Source: Mobula birostris
Taxonomy: Eukaryota
NCBI RefSeq assembly: GCF_030028105.1
Contig: NC_092387.1
Coordinates: forward strand, 52,585,590 to 52,649,589
DNA: 64,000 nucleotides
Direction of reading: 5' to 3'
Below the pieces are notes generated by a model. The model was not told where the DNA came from, ran no database searches, and was given only the letters and a program-made list of their open reading frames with translations. The position numbers and the translations under genes were made by a program. Numbering within the stretch: the stretch's first letter is position 1; every line of letters begins with the position of its first letter. This document shows positions 26,235 to 39,330 of this stretch, piece by piece.

Positions 26235-26994
26235 CAGCGGTCCCCAACTACCGGGCCACAGAGCATGTGCTACCGGGCCCCTAGGGAACGATATGAGTCA
26301 GCTGCACTTTTCCTCATTCCCTGTCACGCACTGTTGAACTTGAACATAGGGATGCCAACTGTCCCGAATTTGCCGGGACATCCCATATATTAGGCTAAAT
26401 TGTTTTGTCCTGCATTTCCCCCACTAAAGTAGAGCGTTCTTATGAAACCTTTCATGCCAAAATGGCATGAAGCGAAGAAGCAATCACCATTAATTTATAT
26501 GGGAAAAATTTTTCAACGTTCCCAGACCCAAAAAGTAACTTAACAAATCATACCAAATAACACATAAAACCAAAAATAAGTAACAGTAACATATAGTAAA
26601 AGCAGGAATGATATCATAAATACACAGCCTATATAAAGTAGAAATAATGTATGTACAATATAGTCAGGAAGATGAAGGCAAAACCGATTTGTGGGGAGAA
26701 AAAAATCAGCACGTACGCGCATGTGCACATCACATGCACACGTCACACATGCACACACAGGTGCCTGTGCAAGGCTTCATGGTCATGGCAGTCTTTCCTG
26801 GGGTAAAGTGTCCCGGGATTTGACTGCTACTTTTGTCTCTTATTTGGGAGTGAGAAAGTTGGCAACCCTAACTGTAAAGGACATGTTGAGGTGAGTTGAA
26901 CCCTACTTGAACACCCCCCTACTGGTCGGCCAGTCCGCAAGAATATTGTCAATATTAAACCGGTCCACAATGCAAAAAAGGTTGGGGACCCCTG
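26235..26994. mobile_element. hAT (Charlie-like) MITE with a nested hAT element (26347-26905)
   Basis: TIR cagcggtccccaac / gttggggacccctg with 8-bp TSD ctatagtg; inner taggg...cccta with 8-bp TSD cttgaaca. Confidence 0.88.
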
Positions 26995-28769
26995 CTATAG
27001 TGCCACCCCAGCTTTACAGTGCCAGGTGTAAGAACGGGGTTCACTTTTCTGTCGTTATCTGTAGGAGTTTGTATGTTCTCCCTGTGACCGCGCGTGTTTC
27101 TGTTAGTTGCTCCAGTTTCCTCCCACATTCCAAGGAAATACAGTTAGGGTTAGTGAGTTGTTGGCGTGCTACGTTGGCACCAGAAGCATGGCAACACTTC
27201 CGGGTTGCCCACAGCACAATGATTTGACACAAACCAATACATTTCACTGGATGTTTCAGTTTCAATGTATATATGACAAATAAAACTAATCTGTTATTTT
27301 TTATTTCTTTTAATCAGAGTTGCCAATCAAAAGTCTAAGTATCTCAGAATCAGATTTATTATCAATGACATATGTCATTAAATTTGTAGTTTTGTGGCAG
27401 GAGTACAATGCAATACGTAAGCATTACTATAAACTACAAGAATATATAAAAATATACAGGTAGTGCATAAAGATATCAAAATAGTGAGGTGGAAAAGTGA
27501 TGTTGAACTAGAGGTTAGTGTAACCAAGTCAAACAGCAATGTTATTCCCAAACTGCACTGATGCTGAGGTGGAATTAATTGGAAACAGGGGGTAAGAAAG
27601 GACAGAGTGAATGCCTCAGCGTTGGAAGGCATAAGCTAGGGAAAATGGGGAAGAAAAAGAATTTCAGGATGTATATTGTATCCATTTCTCTGACATTAGA
27701 TGTACCTATTGAGATCTATTGAATGATGTATGGTTTTCAGTAATGCTAATTGAGGGAAAGCAGAAGGAAAAAGTCGATCGTGTTCCCCATCAGACATTGA
27801 AGTGTGAAATGTTCAGTGATCAACCAAAGATCTGCTGTTGCCCAGGAGGTGCCTTCCCCTCAAGAGTGGAGAACCAGTTGGAGGAGTTGAAGAGAAATAT
27901 TTATGTGTTATATTCCGAGCGCACTGCTCCAAAGGATGGTTGAAGAAAAATCTATTAAAAGCAGTTTTGATAAATACTTTAAAAATGGGGAAAAAATGTT
28001 GCCAGAGTAAGTGGAGAAGAATAATTGGATATCTCATTTGGATAGTTGGCATGAACACGATGATCCAAATGTCCTCCTTCTGTGCTGCATGAGTCTCGGA
28101 AAGATCAACTGCAGGCACTGGCCTTGTAAGAGTGTGGTACAGTAGTGTAGCGTTTAACGTGGCTCTATTACAGCGCCAGTAACCAGGTTTAAATCCGCTG
28201 TTTTCTGTAAGGAGTCTGTACATTCACCCTGTGACAAACTGTGTTTCCTCTGGGTGCTCATATTCCAAAGACTTATGGGTTAGTAGGTTAGTTTGTCACA
28301 TGGGTGTAATTGGCCTCATTGGACCAGAAGCACCTGTAACTGTGTCATATTTCTAAATAAATAAAGGGGAGAAGAATAATTGGATGACACTTTTGGAGAG
28401 ATGGCAAAAACACAAAAGTCCAAATGTTCTCCTTCTGTGCTGCGTGAAAAGATCAGCAATGATCAATTGCAGGGTCTACAATTTCCATAAAACATGATGT
28501 AATTTGCACCTAATGCACAACATCTGTAGTTCAAACTTCTGTGATTCACACATTCAGCTGGTTAATTGGGCTGTTACTTTACCCTTCAATATGAAGCACA
28601 AACAATTACCTCATGTTTTATAGATTTTAATAATATTAGCCCTTGAGGTGGATTTGATGGAGGGAGAACTTATTGAAGAAAGGCACCAATTTAAATATAA
28701 TATTTGAAGCTTGTCCCAACAGAACATAATATCAACAGAACAGAACATATTAGAGTCTAGGTAGTTTGG

Positions 28770-29370
28770 AGGATCTGAGAGATCTTGGGGTCCATGTCGA
28801 TAGGACACTCAAAGCTGCTGCACAGGTTGACAGTGTTGTTAAGTAGGTGTACGGTGTGTTGGCATTCATCAACCATGGGATTGAGTGTGCAAAGGAGATT
28901 TACAAGGATGTTGCCCGGATTGGAGGGTGTACTTTATGAGAATACGTTGAGTATACTTAGCCTTTTCTCCTTGGAGCAACGGAAGTTGAGAGGTGACTTG
29001 AAAGAGGTATATAAAATGATGAGGGGCATTGATCATGTGGATAGCCAGAGGCTTTTTCCCAGGGCTGAAATGGCTAACACGAGGGGATATAGTTTTAAGA
29101 TGCTTGGAAATAGGGAGAGGGGATGTCAGGGGTAAGTTTTTCCACACAGAGAGTGGTGGGTACATGGAACACACTGTCAGTGGTGGTGGTGGAAACGGAT
29201 ACAATAGAGTCTTTTAAGACCCTCTTAGAAATTTGAACATGGAGCTTAGAAAAATAGAGGCCTATGTGCTGGGGAAATTCTAGTAGTCTCCAGAGTAGGT
29301 TTCATGGTCAGCACAGCATTTTGGCCCGAAGGGCTTGTAATGTGCTGTAGATTTCTCTGTTCTATGTATT
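28770..29370 (+). mobile_element. CR1 3' fragment
   Basis: VQRRFTRMLPGLEG..YENTL..LFSLEQRKLRGDLKEVYKMMRGID. Confidence 0.85.
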
Positions 29371-29559
29371 TATGTATCTCATGAATCCACGGATATCTTA
29401 GCCCTCAGCAGGCAATGAATAACAGTACCTGTTATGTAAGCAAAGAAATGGCAGTTAGTGTGTGCAAAATCCCAAAATGGTCGGGGTATTTTGTGTTTAT
29501 GGGATCAGTGTGCTTGTGTTTACAGGATTACGTATGAGATGAGACAAGCTTCACAGCCT

Positions 29560-30450
29560 TGGCTGCTGTACCTCCCTTTGCAACTGGATCCTTAATTTCC
29601 TCATCTGGAGACCAAAGTCAGTACAGATTGGAAATAATATCTCCTCCTCACTGACAATCAACACAGGCTCACCTCAAGGATGTGTGCTTGGCCCACCGCT
29701 CTACTCTCTACACTCATGACTGTGCAGCGGGGCACAGCACAAGCACCATCAATAAATTTGCCAATAACACCACAGTTGGTCTCAGACTCACTGATAGCGA
29801 TGAGGAAGTATCCAGGAGCGGAACAGATTGGCTGGTCGAGCGGCATCACAATGACTGTGCATTCAACGTCAGCAGGACCAAGGAAGTCAGGAAGGGGAAG
29901 TGGGGAGAACACACTCCAATCCCCAGAGGTGTCAGCTGTGGAAAGAGTAAGCAGCTTCAAATTCCTGGGCATCAGCATCTCAGAGGATCTATCCTGGGCC
30001 CTCCATATTGATGCAATCATGATGAAGGCACACCAGTAGATATACTTAAGTAGGAGTTGAAGGAGATTTGGTATGTTATCAAAGACTCTAGCAAATTTCT
30101 ACAGAGGTACTGGCTGCATCACCACCTTGTATTAAGGCTCCAATAAGCAGGATCGAAAGAGGCTACAGAAGGCTTTAGACTCAGTCAGCACCATCATGAG
30201 CACAAGCCTCCCCACCATTGAAGACATCTTCAAAAGACCGTCCCTCACGAAGATAGCATCCATCATTAAATGCCCTCTTCTCATTTCTATCATTAGGGAG
30301 GAGGTGGTACTGGAGCCTAAAGACCCCCACTCAAAGTATAAGGAACATCTTAAATTCCTCTAACATCAGAGCTCTGTACAGTCCATGGACCCATGAACAC
30401 CACCTTTCTATACCTCTATTTATTTATTATTGCAACTTGTAGTAATTTGT
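29560..30450 (+). mobile_element. Rex1/Babar RT fragment
   Basis: [20 protein letters not shown]...KFANNT (degenerate FADDT), VERVSSFKFLGISISEDLSW. Confidence 0.85.
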
Positions 30451-30469
30451 GGTTCCTTAAGGTTGTTAT

Positions 30470-31040
30470 ACACAGTGGTGGTAATGGGGATAAAAGCTCC
30501 CACCACCTCTTAAATGCTCCCAAAGGCGTGCTCGTCAAATAGCCTCCGACAAGCAAGTCCAACTCCCAGCCTTCACATATGGTTTAGTTACTATGCCTGG
30601 CGGAACTGTTTCTACTGACAGGCAGAGGGGCAAAAGCGGGTTACTGACACCTTAAAACCAGTTGCTTTGGGCAGATGGGGCTCGTCAGCCATGTTTGGCA
30701 ACTCATCTAGGAGAAGAAAAACTCTGATCTAATTTCTCTGCTGCCTTGCGGCTATACCCACTCATAGGGAAGGCTTTGGGGGTGAACCCAGAGGGAAAAA
30801 TCTGGAGCTGGAGTCCCTAAGACAGTCCTAGAGCTCAGCACTGACTGGCAACTCCTGGGACGCTGCTGGTGTCAAACTGTATCGGTCTCTGCCATTCCTT
30901 TGGGTTCATCAGATGCATGGAGGGGAGAAGCTAGCTACATGGACAACAGCTTGTTCTCCATATTCTACTGCCCTTGCTCGCGAATCTAGACAGCTAGGAT
31001 GCAACATTAATGGTCGACCCTGGCCAAAGGAGGCCTCACA
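30470..31040 (+). mobile_element. RTE-related non-autonomous element
   Basis: ggcaactcatctaggagaagaaaaactctga motif; 3' half resembles the body of the 8283 SINE. Confidence 0.5.
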
Positions 31041-32300
31041 GTAATTTGTTATACCTGCACTGTACTGCTGCCACAAATCAACAAATCTCATGACTTGTGT
31101 CAGTGACAATAAACCTGATTCCGATTCCGAGTTGAGTGAAGAATGTTGGCCAAGGACCCTCTAGCCTTTTACCAATGTCTGAGATAATTAAGTCCTCAAT
31201 AAGTCAGAGGCTTTTAACGTTTGGTGAACAAAGGGATTGGGTGATGCTCAAAAATGCAGCAAGGTTGTAAAATCACAGGAATATCCAATCCAGTAGGGAG
31301 ACATTTTGTTCTCCATAACTGATGATGGCATACTGGATTATGCTGTAGAAATCAATGCTGGGCTTCTTATCCAGTAAATGAAGCTGTGTATTGGGACGGG
31401 CAGCAAAGAACATCACTACTGCTCACTGTTTATTACTGGTATAGTGCACAGGGACGTGCTATAAACAGTATTACTGTCCTCCAGCTTGTGTGTATAATCA
31501 ATGACAGCGCATTATGAAGTGGTAGCCAATACAGGTCAACAAGCAAGTATGAATGCTTGATCAGACTAGCTGACTGGGGGAAGAAACCTTTAAGATGGTG
31601 CGCGTTATTTGATAATATTTGAGTAATCTTGTTTATATATTGTTTAATTAAATATTGTAGTTCATTTAAATAATTCATTACAGGTTATATACAAAAATAT
31701 GTTCTTTGCATATGTCATCACACTATCATGTGATACGTGCATGCCTCACTTAAAGTAAATTTGAACTACACTCATGTTTTCGGACTCCATGAGTTTCCTT
31801 GAATTAATTTAAGGTTTTGAAGTTACAAAACATAGCATTATGTTTGTTTTAAAAGCCCTATAGCACTTTCCAGAAGACAGCTTTTGTAAAAGGCAGTTTG
31901 CAGGGTGTGTAGTGTCCGCAATGATTTTCCCAGCCTGCTTTTTTTTGTCCTGGACACATGACTCTGCTGTAACAATGCAACATCATCTTGGTTCCGTTCC
32001 ATGATTCAAAGCCAAATATAACTCAAGTTGCTGCGACACTTGGTGCGAAGAGCTACAGTGACAATGGAAGATGCACATTAAATCCAGATCAATCATTATA
32101 AACTGAACAAGGGGTCATGAGTGTCAGAATTACATGCCCATTAACTAAGGCAATGCAATGAGCAAGCTGTTGTCCCTGAAATACTTGCATAATACACAAA
32201 CCTCTCACTCTAATGCACAAGACATCAATATGCAATTAGTCAGAAGCCAGGTGATTATCTCAGGATATCCAATATTTTGGGGACAGTTATATGCATTATA

Positions 32301-32858
32301 GACACAGTGACCACTTTATTAGGTACACCTGTATACCTGCTTACTAATGAGAATATCTAAGCAGTCAATCATGCGGCAGCAATTCAATGCATGAAAGCAT
32401 GCCGACATGGTCAAGAGGCTCAGTCCTTGTACAAACCAAACATCAGAATGGGGAAGAAATGTGAAGAAAAGTGACTTTGACTGTGGAAAGATGGCTGATG
32501 CCAGAAGAGGTGGTTTGAGCATTTCAGAAACTGCTGATCTGGGATTTTCACGCACAAGAGTTTACAGAGGTGGTATGGAAAACAAAAAATACATCCAATG
32601 AGTGGCAGTTCTGTGGGCAAAAGCACCTTGTTAATGAGAGAGGCCTGAGGAGAATGGGATGACTGGTTAGAGCTGACAGGAAGGTGACAGTAACTCAAAT
32701 AACTACATGTTAAACAGTGGTGCACAGAAGAGCATTTCTGAATGCACAACATGTTGAGCCTTGAAGTGAATGGTCTACAGCAACAGAAGACCACACACAC
32801 ATATACTCTGTGGCCACTTTATTAGGTACAGGAGGCATCAAATTAAAGCCATTGAGTG
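32301..32858 (+). mobile_element. Internally deleted Tc1 element retaining the transposase N-terminus
   Basis: SDFDCGKMADARRGGLSISETADLGFSRTRVYR resembles the Tc1 helix-turn-helix region; TIR ccactttattagg. Confidence 0.85.
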
Positions 32859-33808
32859 TAGTTACTTAATTGTACAAAAACATGACTCCCACAAGTAGGA
32901 AGCTTAGCTCCACAGGGATGGTCTATAGAACTTAGGTCCTCATATTTCTCTCAACCCACCCCCCCTCCACCCTACATCCCTTCCCTCACCCTCCCACTTT
33001 CGATTGAGGCACAACGGACTGAAGAAGCAGGAAATCTGAAGCTGGAGTAACTCAGCAGGTCAGGCAACTTCAAAAAAAAAAAGATCAACAATCAGCACTT
33101 TGGGTCTCAACCAGAAGTGTCCACTGTTGATTTCCCTCCACGCATGCTGCCTGACCTGTTTAATTCCTTCACGTGTTGCACTAACTTAGATTCTTCATTC
33201 TCCTCTTATTTCTGTTCATCTTCAAACCCTCATCTCTTTTCTTATATCTCTCTCTCTTTCGGTCTACACCCGTGTCCGTCTCCCCACCTTCCATCTCTTT
33301 CTTGTAGGCAGACATGCCTTTGGATCCCGTACCCACTGAAAGCTCAGTAACTCAGACAACACCACATTCCTGCAGTACTGCATCTTACATATTCACTCCC
33401 TCCACCAATATGACTGCAAAGCACATCAGCCACTGCCTCTTCAACAGCACACCCCAGACCCGCAATAAGTCATACACTTGGGAATGCAACCCCCTCTGCA
33501 TTCCACTCTAGGCCTCAAAATGTCCTAATGTGCACATAATTTGGTCACAACCGTAGGTTCAGTACTCTTGATAGCGTAACTATGACTCCCTCACCGCACG
33601 GACGGCAAAGAACCAGGAAGGAAGCAAACTACCACCACCAGCATCACCTCTGCAATTAGAAATGTAAAACAAATGCTGGTCTAGCTAGAGATAACACTCA
33701 CAAATGTATAAATAAATGCGCCAGGATAGAAGATGTAGAATTGTAGATGTTAGATTGCGATGTAGTGTAGGAGTTTTTCTTGTAGTTTAGCTTTCCTATG
33801 GTCGCTTC

Positions 33809-33864
33809 AGGTGATTTACCTGAACAGTTGCAGGTAAATCACCTATTTACCTGCAACTGTTCAG
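33809..33864. repeat. Overlapping perfect inverted repeats
   Basis: 20-bp arms 33820-33839 / 33845-33864; 14-bp arms 33809-33822 / 33831-33844. Confidence 0.9.
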
Positions 33865-34637
33865 TGGATTTTCTAGCAATCATGGTACAGTTGCTTCCGT
33901 ATTTTTCTAGAAACTTCCTAGTTTTCAGTAGCAAGTATCATGCCATTTGAATCTGGCTATTTTATTGGTTAATTGTTATCAATGAAATCTTGTTATCTCC
34001 CGTTTGAGTATGAGAAGACCATAACTATTTTTTTTAACATCAGTGCTTCATTAAGGGTCTCAGCCTGAAACATCGACTGTTTATTCCTCTCCATAGAAGC
34101 TGCCTGACCTGCTGAGTTCCTCCAGCATTTTGCTTGTAGTGCAGAAACTGTTTTTTTTCTATACTATGACTTGGTACTTGGTGCATCACAGGAGCCAGAC
34201 AGGACACAGTAAGATGGGAAAGAATCCGGATGTTTTGCAAAGTTATTTCGTGGTGCTGGCTGAGAGGAATTTAAGCAAGGTATTAAAAAAGCTTTTGCTG
34301 GGAAGAATGCCATAACAGCTAACTGACACAACAGACAGGCACTTCACTATGCCATTGGCAATAGGCATTGCCAACTGTACACCACTGACTCAGTACTGCC
34401 CTTGGTATGTCAGACTGGGTAACGTGCTCTGCTCTCAGCATGAACTCAACCTTTCTCCACTGAGGCAAGTGGGAAGCCACATCTACCCAGAATGCCTCTG
34501 GAGATGCCCACGCACCCATCACCCACTTTTTGACTCAGTACACACTCCCTGAGAAACTAAATTTATTCCCACTTCTGAACAGAAATATCTCCTGTGAAAA
34601 AACCCACTTCCTTGTTTTTAAAGCAGGCGTTACTTAC

Positions 34638-34688
34638 CGCGACTGAAATCACCAAGCACAGAGCCCCAGTTGTATGATTCCAAAACAT
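34638..34688 (-). CDS. Speculative first coding exon (MFWNHTTGALCLVISVA)
   Basis: Acceptor ccctgtattctag at 34694, ATG with a purine at -3, donor GCG|gtaagt. Confidence 0.2.
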
Positions 34689-35199
34689 CCCTTCTAGAAT
34701 ACAGGGTTTATAAAAAATGGTTCTTGTCTGATCTCCGTATCCATTAGTTGCTTTGGTACCCAAAAAAATTATTGATTTCAGCTTGAATAGGCATCTAATG
34801 AGCTCCCTGGGGTGCAGAAGTCTCAAGATTTATGACCTTTTAAGTAAAGAAATCTCGCCCCCTTCTCAGTTGAAAATAAATGACCATATCTCTTGGTTCT
34901 GGGCTGAGGGATCATCTTCCTTGTCGATCCCTCTTCTGTTTCAGCGAGCCTCTTTCATTCCTCTAAACTTTCATTTCTTTGAACTCAGTCCCACCCAAAC
35001 CCCTTGTCCCACAATACAATTAATCATTCAATCGGTCCAGGAAGTAAATTCAATCAAAGCGGTAGGTCTGATGCATAGAATACAGAAGTGAAAAGATGCT
35101 TATTTTCTAATCACAATAGAATGAGGCTGACACAATACCTGCTCGACAGGAACAATAGCAGCTTTCTTGACTAAGAAAGAAACAAGCCGGAGCAGTAAC

Positions 35200-35940
35200 G
35201 TACACAGACTCTCTCTATATCCATTCAGATGCTCGGGCATCCTTTGAACAGCTTCCTGCAGCTGTACTCTGACGCTGGGTGATCCCAGGCTGCTTCAGAT
35301 TCCCACCCACTCCTCATCCCAACTCCACGGTAGAGAGAGAAGTCCCCCTCCTCTGTGTCACGTCTGCCTGGAGCTCCCTCGCTGCAGCCAGCCTCTCGAC
35401 TGGCAGCGTGGATTACAGGCAGTCTGCAGGGGATCTCAGAACACGGCTCCACCACACGTGATTTCCCTCTCCCACCCACCAACCAACCACCCTCCCCTCC
35501 CCAGCGCTCTCCTGATTTCTATTATGTTCAAGCCTGCCCACCTGGTAATGAAATGCACAGTTAATTCACCAGCTGGAGAAAACATACAGACAAAAGGCAG
35601 TCACTCCAGGACACAACCACTGAGCTCGAGCTAACCTGCTTAGAAAAGCAAATTAACAGCAGGGACCACAAGGCTCCAGAGAGAACTGTCCAGTCTCTGA
35701 CGAGCTTGGGTGGGGGGGGGAGAACTACTGTAGCAGCCGTTCACTGAAACAACCCACACAATAAACTCCCCACTGCTTGGGATCAGCATTAAAGCAGGCA
35801 GATGGCCGGAGGATTTCACCAAACAGCTTCCCAGTCGATGATCCAGTGAACCACCGATCTCTCTCAGGAGGGGCGTGGACAGAGGGCTTTGGGAAAGTCC
35901 CTCGTAGTGATCCCGCCCTGTGGAGTGCACGGCAGGTCTG
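35200..35940. promoter_or_regulatory. CpG-enriched unique region, candidate promoter/enhancer
   Basis: Elevated GC/CpG outside repeats; kB site gggaaagtccc 35891-35901, GC boxes ggggcgtgg 35870-35878 and cccgccc ~35912, E-box cacgtg 35455-35460. Confidence 0.45.
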
Positions 35941-36339
35941 TGCTATAGCGTCATAGAGTCACTGAGCATAGAAACAAGCCCTTCGGTCCAACTCGGCAAT
36001 GTTGTAGGCCAGGCGTCTAGTTCAAGTTTATTGTCATTTGACTGTACATTAAAGGCATCCATTAGTCTTGCAAGACCATGGATCTGCGTCTGGAAAGTCT
36101 TCACTCTCCAGGGCACAGGCCTGGGCAAGGTTGTATGAAAAACCAGCAGTTGCCCATGCTGCAAGTCTCCCCTCTCCATGACACCAATGTTGTCCAAGGG
36201 AAGGGCATTAGGACCCATATAGCTTGGCAACAGTGTCATCGCAGAGCAATGTGTGATTAAGTGCCTTGCACAAGGACACAACACGTTGCCTTCAGGTCGC
36301 TAGTCCAATGCCTTAACCACTTGGCCATGTGCCCACTGA

Positions 36340-39330
36340 CGGTACATACATATAACCAAGCAAAATAACATTCCTCCGAACCATGGTGCACCCATAAAAT
36401 ATATATCACACAATGCATACAACAAAATATTATCATAAATACTCTAAAGTAATAACATTTAGTGTGCAGCACAGGTTAGAAGCAAACAGTAAATACTAGC
36501 TTGCTGTTTTAGAGACGAGACCTTGGTGGTGGCAGGGTATTAATTAGTCTCACAGCCTGAGGGGAGAAGATGTTACCCAGTCTGGTAGGCCTAGTCCTCA
36601 TCTTTCCATATCTCATTCCTGACTGTAGTGGGTCAAACAGATTTTGGGATGGGTGGTAGGGCCCTTTGTCCGCAACACTCCCTGTAAATATCACAAATAG
36701 GGGGAAGGGAGACCCCAGAGATCCTCTTGGCGGTTTTTACCACCTTCTGTAGAGACTTGCGGCCTGGTGCCTTGCAGCTTTCTTACCACACAATGATGCA
36801 GCCAGACAGGACACTCTCCATGGTGTTCCTGTAGAAAGTTGTTAGAATGGGGGCTGGGAGCCTTGCACGCCTCAATCTCCTCAGAAAATGTAGATGCTGC
36901 TGTGCCTTCTTGACTAATGAGTGGGTGCTGGGGTCCAGGATAGATCATCTGTTACGTGCACACCAAGGAACTTTGTGCCCTTCACTTTCTCCATGGCAGA
37001 GCTATTGATAGTCAATGAAGTGTGGTCAACCTGCGTCTTTCTGAAGTCCTTGATCATTTCTTGTGTCAACATTGAGACCCAGGTTGATGTTCATCTGACA
37101 AGCCTCTCTGCCTCCTCTCTGTATGCTGACTCATCATTGTTGATGATAAGGACAACCACTGTAGTATCATCAGCAAACCTAATGATGAGTTTGGAGCTGG
37201 ATCTGGCAGTGTAGTCATGGAGTCAGCAGCAGGCTGAGTACACAGCCCCGGGGAGGGGGGGGGGGGGGAACCAGTGCTCAAAAAAATGTTGTTGCCAAAT
37301 CAGACTGGGGTCTTTCCATCAAGAAGTCCAAGAACCAGTTACAGAGAGGGCTGTTGAGTCTCAATGAGGACAGTATGCCCACCAGTCTCTGAGGGATGAT
37401 CATGTTAACCACTGAGCTGAAGTCAATGAGCAACACTGCGACTTATGAGGCATCACCGTCTAGGTAGTGCAGGATGTAGTGGAGGGCCGAAGCTATCATC
37501 AGTGGACCAGCTTGAGTGGGAGGCGAACTGAAAAGGGTCCAATATAACTAGAAGATGAGATGTTAAACAATCCATTACCAGCCCCTCAAAGTACTTCATG
37601 ATTGTTGAAGTCAGTGCCACTGGGAAGTAATCCTTTATGCCAATTATTGGTGCTCTCTTGGGAACTAGAATGGGGGTGGCTTCCTTGGAGCATGCAGGGA
37701 CAGTGGACTGCTCCAAAGAGATATTAAAGATGTCCATTAAGATCTCTGTTAGCTGGGCTGTACAGTCCCTCAGCACCTGACCAGGATATGTTGTCCGACT
37801 CCGCAGCTTTGCCTGGGCTTACCCTGGCTAGGATCGTCTTCAATTCAGCTGCGGTCAGACAGGGTGCTGTTCCTCAGGGGGTGAGGGGGCTTTCCTTGAT
37901 TTCACATCATTCATTGCGTCCAATCATGCAGAGAAGGCTTCAGCCTATCAAGAACGGAGTGTTCCTGGTGTCACAAAGGTGACTGTAGATTTTCAGTGAG
38001 TACTCCTGCTTTGACTTCCTGATGACACGAGAGAGCATGGCCATCGCTGACCTTAAGCATCGTCCAATCCCCCAATCTGAAGGCAGCGTCCCAATCCCTA
38101 AGCAGTGCATGAACCTCTGCAGTCAGCCATAGTTTCTGGTTTGCCCTGGTAGTCATAGTAATGTCCTCAATGCATTTTCCCATGTAGCCAGTCACCAGTC
38201 CCACATACTCACCAATGTTAATCTGATGATCGTAGTTAGCCAATTCCCCATGAATTGCTCCAGTTTCTGCTTTTGAAGCTGTCCCGCAGCACTGAGGTGG
38301 CATCTTCTGGCCACATCCTCATCTTCCAGGAAACTGGAAACTGGACTGACTAAACCAGTGGTCTGTATGTAGGGATTAGCAAATTGGATATGAGGTCTGA
38401 GTATCTGAGGTGAGGCCGGGGCGGGGGAAGGTGTTGTGGGGGCAGCCTGTAGGCTCCATGAACCTTGGTATAAACCAGGTCCAATATATTCTATCCTCTG
38501 GTTGCAAGGTTGACTGGCAGAACTTCAACAAGACTGTTTTAAGTTGGTATGATGGCAGTCACCTGCAGCAATGAAGACACCATGGGTGTGAGGGCTTCGA
38601 GGTTGAAGATGACACTGTAGAGCTCCTTCAGTACTTCCCCAGCACGAGCGTGGGGGTGGGGGGAAGAGGGGTAAACAGCAACATTCACAATGGAAGTGAA
38701 CTCCCTTGGAAAATAGAAGGGTCTGCATTTCACCATTTAAAGCTCTGTCGGTGGTGAGCAGTGAGCTGTTACTAGGAGGTGTTCACACATCAGTTCTTAT
38801 TGACATAGACACACAGGTCTCCTCCGTGGGTCTGCCAAAGATTACCTAAAAGGAAATTAGGCCTTCTAGCTGGATGGCCGAGTCTGAAGTGGAGTCACAT
38901 TTCTGTCAGGATCAGTGTAAAGCAGTCCCTCATCTCTCGCTGGTTCAAATGCAGATGCAGGTAATCCACTACATTTTATAGCAATCGGACATTAGTGAGT
39001 AGAATCGTTGGGAGCGTGGGCCCGCAGAAATCCACTTTAAGTCTCACTCGAATACTGGCTAGCTTACCACACTTCTGCATCCTCATCTGCCACTTCCAAT
39101 GGCTGCTTCCCCAAGTAGCTGTAGCAGGCCGAGGCATGGAGCTCCCGCATTAGTCCGTAACTGTGCAGCACTTTCACTACCCTGCTCGCCAGTGAGATAG
39201 ACTTGCAGATTTCAGTGTTGTTTATGATCAACAGTGTTTTTTGATGATAGAAAATATGAACAGGACAAGAAATTTCACCGTTGATTGGAGCCAGAGGGGC
39301 TGCTGCAACTGTTCATAGCTCCATCTTTTT
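36340..39330 (-). mobile_element. Near full-length, frameshifted Rex1/Babar LINE (APE endonuclease + RT)
   Basis: Fragments VKCRPFYFPREFTSIVNVAVY, RANQKLWLTAEVHALLR, LRDCTAQLTEILMDIFNISL...PVALTSTIMKYFE; minus-strand ttgctgatgatact (FADDT) at ~37165. Confidence 0.88.

Noticed and set aside
28010-28475. ~100-bp direct repeats flanking a SINE as a giant TSD or LTR pair
   Set aside because: Diverged CR1-tail-like remnants with no LTR termini; an old local duplication is more likely.
30540-30640. HDV-like ribozyme in the RTE-related element
   Set aside because: Partial P2/P3-like pairing (agcc-ttcacatat-ggtt) is visible, but I could not build P1/P1.1 in this copy; the family consensus should be tested.
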